DNA of 43,641 bases from Bipalium vagum (Eukaryota). The notes under the pieces were generated by a model. That model was given only the letters and a program-made list of their open reading frames with translations, did not search any database and had not been told where the DNA came from. A program made the position numbers and the translations under genes. Within the stretch, counting starts at the first letter, position 1; every line of letters begins with the position of its first letter. The DNA is taken from NCBI GenBank assembly GCA_037834085.1, contig JBBMKC010229415.1, positions 1 to 43,641 on the forward strand. The letters run 5' to 3'. Positions 25,527-37,500 of this stretch are shown one piece after another.

Positions 25527-28500
25527 TTTCAAAAAATTATAATTATGAATGCTTAGGTATTCTGTATAAAGCAGCCAAATTTTTTAATTAGGAAATTAAA
25601 AAAATTTTAATTAATAAAGAATTTTATTTCCTTTATTTTTATTCGCTAATATTATAAAAATATTATAACCAATAGAAATATAAAACGATAACTTAATGGT
25701 TTAATTTTTTATTATTTAATTTCACATATTCTAAATTTAATTATAAATGAATTCAAGTTAATTTGAAAATTTATTTTAGTATAACTAAATACGTATTCCG
25801 GGTTTCCGACAGTATTATGAATTAAAAATTATTAGTGACTTAAGGTTCAAAAATATTATTAAAGGTCCTAAAAAGTAATTTATATTTTCAAGGATTATTA
25901 TAAAATTCATTTCTTAAATTTTTATGGACAAATATTAAATTTTGACTTAGAAGAATTTTGTAATTTTCTCAAAATTAAAATTAAAATTAAAAAAAATTAA
26001 AATAATACCTTTAAATGCCTTTACTTTACCAATCTATTGATTTTTAAATATTAATAGCGTTCAAGACCATTTAATAACTCTTAATAATTTCTAAACCTAT
26101 ATGTTTTTAAAATTTCAGCCGTTCCGACAGCACCTCAAGGTCCTCTCAAAATAACTGATATCACCAAGGATAGCTGTGTATTATCATGGAATAAACCTCT
26201 GTATGATGGCGGTTCTCCAATTATTGCTTATCGAATTTATAAACGAGAACATTTTCGCACAAGTTGGCAAGAGATCGGAAAAATTCCAAATATTATCGGT
26301 CAAAATTTGGATTTTAAGGTTATGTATTTGTCAGAAGGAACGGACATTGACTTTAGAGTTGTTGCTGAAAATAAAAATGGATTCTCGGAACCATTAGAAA
26401 ATCAAGTTTTAATTAAACCTGTTAAACAATCAAATGTTCCTGGTCAACCTAGAGGGCCTATAAAAATAAAAGAACATAAGGATGGTACTGTTGCCATATC
26501 ATGGAAACCACCACTCGATGACGGTCTATCACCTATAACTGATTATGAAGTTGAATATAAAAAAAGAGGAAGGTGGTGGATGCCTTATACATCTACTGAT
26601 TCTCCCGAGGCGATATTCAATAATTTAAAACCAAACGAAGAATATTTTTTCAGATGTTTTGCTCGAAACGCTAATGGAATAAGTCAGCCGTTACATAGCG
26701 ATGAAAGTTATATTAATGTCAAGAAACCAGAGCCAATTAAGAATTTTAAAGTTATGGACGATAAATCTGGTAAAGGTCCAATCACATTATCTTGGAATGC
26801 TCCTGAAACAGAAAATGTGAAATCGTATAAAATAGAACAGAGAAATCTCAATTCACCTTTCGATGACTGGCAACCTATTGAGCTGGCTCTAAGACCAGAA
26901 CAGAAAGATAAATCAGAACCAATTAATTATGTCATTGATCGAATAAAGCCTGACACGTTTTATGATTTCCGGGTTTCGGCTGTATATCCCGATTCCGTTA
27001 GTGAATCTGTTAAGCTACCAAAACCAATTATGTTGACAGAAAAGACTCCGTTGAAACCTATAAGACATGTACACTTCAAACTTGATAAAGATCATGATCT
27101 TATTGATTTGACTTGGAGCTTACCAGATGATAGAACAGATACAAGGAAGAATGTAATAATTGAAGAAAAATGTAGTGATGATAATTTATGGAAACCACTA
27201 ATTGATCTACCTGATTCATTGAATACTTTCAGTATTTCTCGATCTGCATTAACAGATGATGTGCCCAGAGACCTTAAATTGACGATTTATGACCAAGATT
27301 CAAATATTAGGAGTTTACCTTATAAGATTAAACTACCTTCTCGAAATGACATCATGTTTGAAGGTTGTTCTCCTTACGGTTATGATGACTTACATTATGA
27401 CAGAAGACCGTTTAGGCTCACACCAATTGACAATACATATCGTGACATTCTAAGGCCTGAATTTGAGTATGATTCAATTCCAATTAATACTAACGAAATC
27501 AAATATGAAATACCATCTTTGTGGAAAGACGATGATTATGTATATGGATCCTTTGGAGATAAAAAACAGAAAAAATATTATCCAAAACCAATTAATGTTG
27601 AAGAAATACCCAGGAAAAGTCACAATCCATTAATTGTTAGGCCACTAACATCTGTAAGTCTAGAAGCTTCGTGGAATGATTATGTTCCACCATGTGAAGT
27701 TGATAAATTCAGAATTGAAAAGTGGAATCCTCTGTTGAAAAGATGGGAATATGAGGGTGAAGTCAGAGGAAATAAAACTAATTATATTTTACATGGCCTT
27801 AATGACGGAGTTCCAATGTGGATACGAGTAATTCCATTTGATAAGAAAGGAAAATCACTTCCAGTAATGTTAATGGATCATTCAGTAAGACCGCAAATAA
27901 AACTTTCTAAACCCTTAGCAGTGTCAGGTGTAAGAGTAGAGCCAGATGATTTGGGATTATTTGTAAGATGGTATAAACCAATGGATGACGGAGCGTCGCC
28001 AATTGACGGTTATAAAATTACGTTGATAGATTTAACTACAGGAGAAGAAACTAAAATTGCTACTATTGGATCTAACAGTAATCAGTGTATACTACCGAGA
28101 TTAAATCCTGAACATCAATGGATAGTGCAAGTAACACCATTTAATTCTGAAGGAGATGGACCAACGACTAAATCCTCTCCAATTTACATACCGGAAACTG
28201 AGACACAGCAGTCAATTGAACCCGTCAGACTTTATTTGTCCCAGAATATCAAACCTATTAAATTAAAATGGGATATGCCAAAAATATATCAATATCAACC
28301 AGACCAATCATTTTTCATTGAAAAATGGACATCCAAAATTAAAGACTGGGTACCCATTAGTCAGGTAAGTGGTAATTTATATGAATATGAACTTCCTGAT
28401 TTGGACATGTCCGTTGAAAATAAATTTAGAATTTATGCAAAAAATAACTATGGAATAAGTAATCCAGTTTATACGGATGTTATATATCCACATTCTTTAA

Positions 28501-31500
28501 GACCCATTCCAAAACCCGATATTCCAAGACTTGTATCTAATTTGAATAATCAAGAAGTGGATTTAGTGTGGAAATCTCCAAACCATGACGCTTTTATTGA
28601 TGAATTTTTGATTGAACGACAAATACCTTTAAAATCCAATGAATGGGAATATTTTGCAAGGGTACCCAGTCATACAACATCTTTCAATATAAAATCTCCT
28701 GTTGATGGTGCTAAATATAGGATTTTTTCAAAATATGATTATGGAACCAGTGAACCTGTTGAAGTTTTAAGCGAGCCAATTCATGATTATTACAGAAGAC
28801 CTCGGGAGTTTGAAGAACCTTTTACATTAGAATTATTTTCTCAACCAAAATCACGAAACTTGGAACCTAATATTTTAGAATTACATAGACCTACCTACAT
28901 ACCAGAAGACATGGATTATTATCAACTACAAATTCGTCAATCACCCAAGCAGGACTGGTATCCAATAAAGAATATTTCTCCTCATGAATTTTCATGTAGG
29001 CTAGACGAATATGAAGACTATTTGACTCCAGAAGCTTCTTGGCGTTTAAAACCAATCAGTAAAACAAATAAAGATTACTATGTTACACCTTCAAATATGG
29101 TTCTTTCGAGTCAAACAATTAAAGATATGCCATACATTTCTATTGAGGCCAAACCATCTTTTAGTTCAAGAGAAATTGATATTTATTGGAGTAAACCTAC
29201 AAAATCTAAGACAGATGTTATTCTATTTGAAAGAGAAAGTGATAGTCCCAACTGGGTTGAGATCAATAAATTTAGAGGTCCTGTTGAAAGAATTTCATTG
29301 ACTAATAGGCCGTCTGATAAAAAGTATTTCTATGGAGTTGCTGATGTTTATGGAGATCAAATAGGCAAAATATACAGTACTTTGGAACCAATATCAAGCT
29401 ATTATCAGCCAGAAATCGATTTCGAAACAGAGCGTCCATTAAAATTAGAAATGAGACATGAAAGTGAAAGAAAGCCTCTTGAAGTATTTTGGGATAGACC
29501 AGTTGATTTCAAGGATAATAGAAATAAATATTTTGTTGATGCATATTTACCTGAGAACAAATATTGGACAAGCATTGGGGAAATAATGCCCGGTATGTCA
29601 AGTTTTCAAATACCACTGGATATTTATAAGAAAGATGTCAAATTCCGGGTCATGAAATCTGAGGAAAATGGTAAATATCTCCCAATAAGTAATTATGTCA
29701 GTGTTCAGCCAGATATTTATAATGATGATGACATTGATTTGGAAGGCACTAGATTGCATTATATTAAAGATAGACATATTGTGGATGAATACACGGCACC
29801 ATATTACGAAAATCCATTTATGAAAGTCGATATTCCAAGGAACATATTTAGTACGCCAAATTTTATCAGACCTTCAGGAGACATGAATTTAGTCTTGGAT
29901 ACCTATCAAAAGCCATATGACAGCAGTTACGAATTTCAAATTCCAAAAGATTATGACACTATTCCAGTTTTGAGTCAAATAAATAAATTTAATCAATACA
30001 TTTCTCCTTTAGCACCAGTTGGTCCTTTACAAATATTACCGTATGAGGATTCTAAGCTCCAATTGATATGGCAGCCTCCTACTTATTCTTCTCCATCAAA
30101 ATCACTAATACCAACTTCATATGTAATAGAATCGAGACCACTAGATTCCAGTGATTTTTGGACTTTCCAAACTGAGACTGGTCCCTATACATATCATGCC
30201 ATCATTCCTAGTTCTCAAATTGATTCACATTATCGAATCAGATCAAAAGTAGGAGATTTGTTTAGTGCACCTCTTTCTGAAATCTATACACCTAATTCAA
30301 CTCCCAATAGAGATTATTGTGATTTCAAATACGTTCCACCAAGATTAAATCTGGAATTCATACCAAATCTTAAAGCCATTGAACTTGACTTACTCCCTCT
30401 TAGAAGTAAAGAAAATGTCGTTGATTATATAGTTCAAACCAAGTCTAATGTTTCACCACATTGGAGTACGATCGACATCATACCCAAAGATATTCCTAAA
30501 TATGTTTACCATGACATAGAACCTGAAGCGATTTATCAATTTCAGCTTATTCCCAGATTTACAACTAATACTCTTTCGGATATATCAATTCCAAGCAACT
30601 ATATAAGCATTCCATCATATAAATTGAAAACTGAATTGATAAGTTTACCTCAAAGAATAAAGACAAACGTCTTTGATAAAACTTTAATTGATGAATGGAT
30701 TCCTGAGCTGCGTAAATGGGAACCTTTAGTTCGTGATAGTATAAGTAGGCCAAAACTTGAAAGTGACATTTCTTCTATTCCAACACATTACCGAGTTAGA
30801 AGTGCCGAGATTCCAGACAAAGTTGAAAGATATTACTCAAAATCTCTCAAAGAAAGTAAGTGAATTAAAAATTTCTACTTTTTACATTTATTTTATTAAA
30901 CTAATTAATTATTTTTATTTCACTTTTGTTCAGCTCTTATTTTTTATTCTTTTATGAAATATAAAATTTTATTTCACAAAATATATTTTTATCAAGTTCC
31001 TCAAAAATAAATTAATTAAAATTTTTTAATTATATTTTTACGAATAATTGCATAAAAAAATATTAAAATTAATTATTTTTTTATTGAAAATCAAAAATAT
31101 TTTTTAATTTATCTGCGTAATTATTTATTATTATGAATAATTACAATTGCCATGGAAAATTTTTAATATTTTGTCACCAGAGTACTCAAGTTTGAATAAT
31201 GTTTCTTCTGTAAGAATACTTTATTTTATTATTCCAGTAACTCAAAGACTCTTCTACATTTTGAACTATTTTTGTCATTTAACAATGGACTCGAACTGAT
31301 TTTTGTTAATTACCACTATTTTGCCAGGTAAATACAAACCAATAGCCCCGTTGTCTTTCACTGCCAACAGAGAGCCGCTAAACGGAAATGTTACATTCAA
31401 CATCATTCCTTCTATTTCACATAGTTCCGATATCGGAGAGCCAACCAGTTATCTCATTGAATATCGTCCTATCAATGAGAAATATTGGAAATATTTAACA

Positions 31501-34500
31501 GAAACAGATTCTACAAATTACAGATTGCTTCACACCGGTCTAAAGCCTGACATGAAGTACGATTTTAGAATATTCAGTCAGAATAGATTGGGTAAAAGTT
31601 CACCTGTGGAAACATCTTTGTCGACTGAATTCTACAAATCAGGTAAGTCTCAATGAAACATTAAATGATTTTATTTGTCCTTTAGGTTTAATTCATAAAA
31701 AGATCCCTGAAGATTCTATCTATATGGAGCCATTTTTATGTGATAGCTATAAAATAAAATGGGAAGGTCTAGATGATGACAGAGTTTCTGGATATCGAAT
31801 TGAGAATCTTGAAATGGACAGAGACACGCAATGGAAATTACTTGACACAGTTCCATCATATCAGTGCAATTATTTTATTGATAACTTACGACCGTCTTCA
31901 GATTATAGATTTCGTGTAACTCCTATTTTTGACGATTTAATAGGCGTACCAACAGTTTATCCAAGATCATTAAAGTTACAGACGACTGTTCCGTATAAAC
32001 AACCATGTATTGATTTTGTTAAATTTGATGAGTCTCCATTGGGATCAATGAATTTGTCTTGGAAGCTTAATCAATCCGATTCATTGGTATTACCAACTAA
32101 CGATTTTGAATATTTGATAGACGTAAAATATCCTGATGAAAACCGGTGGAAAAATATTGGTCGTTCGTTTGATACTTGTTACGAGATACCAAAGGTATAT
32201 GAAGGACGAAGTATCACTCCAACCGACATAAGAATAACACCTAGAAGAAGAAACGATTATTTTGAATCATATGTAACTAGAATTCCTGAAGACACTTTCT
32301 TGACCCACAGACGTCAATTATCTCCAATTCCTAGTGAATTTTCTTTTTCAAAAATATCTCCTACGTCTCTGATTTTTAATTGGAAACCGTATGAAATAGA
32401 TTATAAGCGATTTGGGCCGGACTATTATCTAATTGAAAGTAAAATAGCAGATAATCCGCTATGGACACCGATTGGGAGAGTTGAATACTCCAAACATTAT
32501 TTTCCTATTAACAATTTAATACCGACTATCGATTACGAATTTCGAATAAGTTGTCCAACAAGATATAACCTATCACCAAGGGATGACCTACCAATAATTA
32601 ATGAATATTCATATATTTCGGTTCCGAAAATTCAACTTCTGGAAACGATTGATCTCGTACCACCAGCTAGTTTTAGTTCCAAGTTCACACCTGGTGGACT
32701 ACTGTTAAAATGGAGTCCAGAAAATTGGAAGGATGGTGTTCGGTATATTGTTGAACGAAAGGAAACGGGGCTATCAAATCAAAAATGGTATCCGGTCACA
32801 AATTTTCTGATTGATGATTTCCAGCTGTTTTTGCCTAATATCAAGGATAATCAGTATGATTTTAGAATAACTGCTTTAAATAATAACAAGGAAAGAAGTA
32901 TTCCCAAATACTTAGATCAAGTGGAAAGACAATCATACGAGCCATTGTGTAAAATTAAAAGAAAACCTTTGGAAGAAATTATAAAATTCAATGAAAATGA
33001 TTTTGTAACAAGGATCGGAGAGGATGCTATATTTAAAGTATTTTTCGATAAGGATGAAGATCTCACGATCCATTGGTTACATAATGGAATAACAGTTTAT
33101 CCCAATGCTAAGTATCAAATAATCAACAATCTTGATCATCATATTTTGCGGATATGCAATTTATCAATATTTGACCAAGGAGTGATATCTTGTAGAATTA
33201 TAAATAATTTTGGCTATGTAACAAAGCACTGTAACTTGATTGTGGAAACCATTCCAATGTTTATTCGAAAGCATGCAATACCTTCAGATTACAGAGCCTT
33301 GGAAAGAGAAACATTTACTATAAAATTACCCATAATCTATTCATTGAGACCGGCCATAGAAATTTATAAGGATGACAGTCTTTTAGTTAGAGGATTGAAA
33401 TACGGCTGGGAAATCGTTAATTATTATCTTCTTCTTACCATATCCAATGTTACTCATGAAGACGATGGCTATTACAAAATAAAGATCTACAATGGTCTTG
33501 GATATGATTATTTCTTCTTTTCTCTTAATATTAAAGGAAAACCCAGGCAACCTCTCCGATCACCTATAGTTATGGAAAGAGATTATGTGATTTTGATTGA
33601 CTGGGACTATGTGTACCCTGATTCGATAACTCACTATGAAATCGAATACCGACATGAATTTGAAGAGTGGATCAGAATTGGAAGATCTTTGACCAACAGA
33701 TTCGTCTCGAATATTTTTTCAAATTTGTTTACCAATGTTGGCTGTTATCAATTCCGATATCGGGCAGCTAACGAATATGGAGTCAGTGAACCAAGTCCTG
33801 TTTCTAGTGATTTGATTATCTGTACTCGAACGACCAGAGGTGAATATTATTGATTATTTCAATATTGAAAATCTACTTTAAAATAAACATCTTCATTATA
33901 AAATATCTTTTAGCTAATGATTGAATTAAAACTATTTTATATTATAGAAAATTATCCTATAGACATTGACTGGTTAAATAAGACTCGACTCTATGATGAT
34001 TTCGAAAAAGAATATGAGATTCTGGAGATTCTGTCAAGGTATGTTTAACAAATATTAAAAATTGTTTCTATAGTCCAGTTCAGCTTACCGGACTCCACCG
34101 TCTACCGTGCCAGAGACAGGGTTACTGGTGAATATATAATGACAGAAATATTCGATAATCGAAAAATCATTGAAAATGATATTTACTTAAAATCGAGAAA
34201 GCAATCTGAAAAAATAATTCAGAAAAAGTTTGAAGATCAATCGAAAATCATAGATCTCTCAGATAAACCTCTTGTTAGAAGTTCAGATTATATATTCGAC
34301 TCAAGCTTACTGGAAAAGAAATTCACAGGATTATATACTCCTGAAAAGATTTATAAATCGGAAAGTAAATCCGCATTTATTTTTCCAAGGTAAGTCTGAT
34401 ATTTATATTATTTTTATTGATTACAAATTATCCGTGTTGTATTTTCACATTTGCTAATATATAATCTATTTTTTTATTGGTTAAAAAATATTAAAATTCT

Positions 34501-37500
34501 CCATTGTTTTCCGTTGTTAAGAATATTTTTATATTTACTAATAATTTAATTATTTATTTTTATTTTTTTATTAATGGGTAATTTCAAATATTTTTATTGC
34601 TTTCATTTTACCTTTCTTTATTTTAAATTTTTTCACAAATAAATTCTTCAAGTGTTGCATGTCTCAAATTTCGAGTTTTACTTTTTAATGTCTTAAAATT
34701 AATGCTGCTATAGTTTCAGTGGACAAAGTCTATATGAGCCGTTAATTCACCGAATTAAAATATCTGAAAGAAAAGCTGCTGTGATCACTGAACAGATTCT
34801 GAACACCCTCAAAGGCTTACATTCAGAAGGTATAGTTCATTTAGGAATCGAAGTAGGATTTTGTCTTTAATTTGTGCTTTTCTTTACGGTTGATTTTCTA
34901 GCCAAAAAATATTTATTTTTCACCGTCTGATGATAAATGTTTCACATTGCTGCCTTCTCCCTTCATGCAGAGATTACCGTCGGGGAAATCAGAAAATGTG
35001 AAATTAGATCTTAGCTATATGAGGTATATTCCTCCGGAAATCGTGTCTAAGACTCCTGTGAGTCAAGCAACTGATCTTTGGTCTTTGGGAATGATGATAT
35101 ATGAATTGTATTGTTTTTTTAAAATATTTACTGATTTATATGAATGTTAATATTATAGATTCAGTTTCGATGAAATTACCAATAAATCCATGAAGATTGA
35201 AGAGTACAGACCAGATTTTTCAAAAATGAAAAACTATAGTGCCGAATTGGTCGATTTCACTAAAAAATTGTTATCAACAAAACCAGAAGACAGACCATCT
35301 CTTTCCATGGCCCTAGAACATCCATGGATAAAATCATTATCAAAATATGAAACCAATCGGTCAGATATCCAATATGAAATGTCACCCTCCAAATACGAAC
35401 TTGAATCGAAAGATTTTACGGATCGTTTCCTGCATATCCTGGGAATGAGATCAATCGATTTTTCAACCAAAAAGTATTATCGTGATTCAATCTCAAAGGA
35501 AAAAATGTGTGATGATATTTTACTCAAATCTCATTTAAGAAGACCTGAAATTTTGTCTCGTTTAACCAACATTTTTGCTCTCAGTGGTACGAAAGTCGTT
35601 CTCCGTTGTTATTATGACACTTTCAAGTCCATAAACTATCGTGTACGCTGGTCATGTAACAATAGTGAGATCAACGAACGAATTTCTTCGAAATATTCCA
35701 TAGATAATTCAACTTGTGGATATAGTAAATTAGAGATTTTGTGCGTTGATGAAGAAACAAGCGGAATTTATACAGTGAAAGTGATGACTGAGGCCGGTTC
35801 CGTTTTTGATTCTTGCCAGGTGATTATAAAAGGTGAGAAATTTAAATTCCTCAGACTTCCACCTTAACATTTTTCAATATTAGCTTCACCTATTACTACC
35901 AAGTCTTCATATAAACAAAATCAAATTTTGCCCAATATCTCTGGATTGGAACCGAAAATAATTCTTCCGCTGATCAATACTGCTTCGTTGAGCAACAGGC
36001 ATATTTCTCTAACTGCAAAAGGTTGGAGAGTTCAGATATCTTCAAGATAGTCTACTAACTCTTTTTTAATTTCAGTCTCCGGAATACCAAAACCATACAT
36101 AACATGGAAACATGATGGAATTGTTATCAATCCATTGGCAAAAGATCGATATTCAATGACGGAGGAAAATTTGTATGTCACTTTACATATAAATAATTGT
36201 ACTATCAAAGAAAGTGGAATTTATACTTTGGAAATATCAAATCAAAACGGTTTCGATTCGTGTTCTGCAACCTTAACAATAACAGGTATTTTTATGCAGT
36301 ATACAAAGGCTGTATGAGAAATCAGTTCATGTCATTTAGTTTTATTTGCTTCCGGTTAGTATATATACTTCCGGCACTAGTTTTAATTGCAATAGAAATC
36401 GGTTTTCAAATAACTAAGAATTGTAAAAAGAAGTAAAAAAAATATACTTTCTCTTAAACTTAAAAGATAAATTTTCAAAATGTATACAATATTTTTTGAA
36501 ACATTTTTTACGATTAATTAAATTATTAAAAATTACTTTGATAAATTAAAAGTTAACTTGTCTAGATATCACTTTCATATTAATAATTTATCATTTATTT
36601 TTACATTAAAAAGTGATTTTTATAATATTAAATTAAATAAATAAATTTAAAAATTGTTTATATTGAGAATCGATTGGTTAAAATATTGCACAGATTATAG
36701 GCTTTATTCCATATGAGTTTTTTCTTTTAAGTAGAAAAAAGACGTAAATTAAAATTATAATTTTATTTATTTATTCTGTCAGATTCATCAATTTGTGACA
36801 CAGATTAATAACCAAATAATTTAGATCAATCCCTTGATTCTTTTTGTGTACCACCAAGGTTTGAGAGATTGCTTAATTCGACAACGGTGATTATTGGAGA
36901 TGAAATTAATTTACAAGTTCGAATCACTGGGGTTCCGAAGCCCGAAATTCAATGGGTATACAACAGAGATAAAATCTTTAAAAATGGTCTTCATTCTACA
37001 TATGATGAGATAACCGGAACATGGTCATGCATAATAAAAACTAATTTCATAGGAGATGATGTGGTGACCATAGGATGCATTGCAAAGAATAGTGTAGGAA
37101 CGGCTTTTACGGAAACTGAAGTATTTAAATCATCAGGTTTTGGTTTGATTGTAAAGTAGGAATTTTTAAACAAGTTTTTCTTCAGATTTCTCAATTAAAC
37201 ACAGCAGACTGATCACTGATGATGGTATAATCAAACATTCAACTAAACATTTGCCAGAATTTGTCAGAATCTTACGAGATCGCCAATGCAGAATTGGAAC
37301 AACCTTATCACTATTTTGCTCTGCTATTGGTACCCCTGAAGTAGACATTTGTTGGTTTAGAGATAATACAAAAATCGATGGATCTCATCAAATCAAGTAC
37401 TCAATGAGAGTAAGTGTTGAACAATTTTTACTTCCTTGTATAATTATGATTCTGGATATCTGAAAAACATCTACAGATTCGAATTTTTAATCACATCAAA

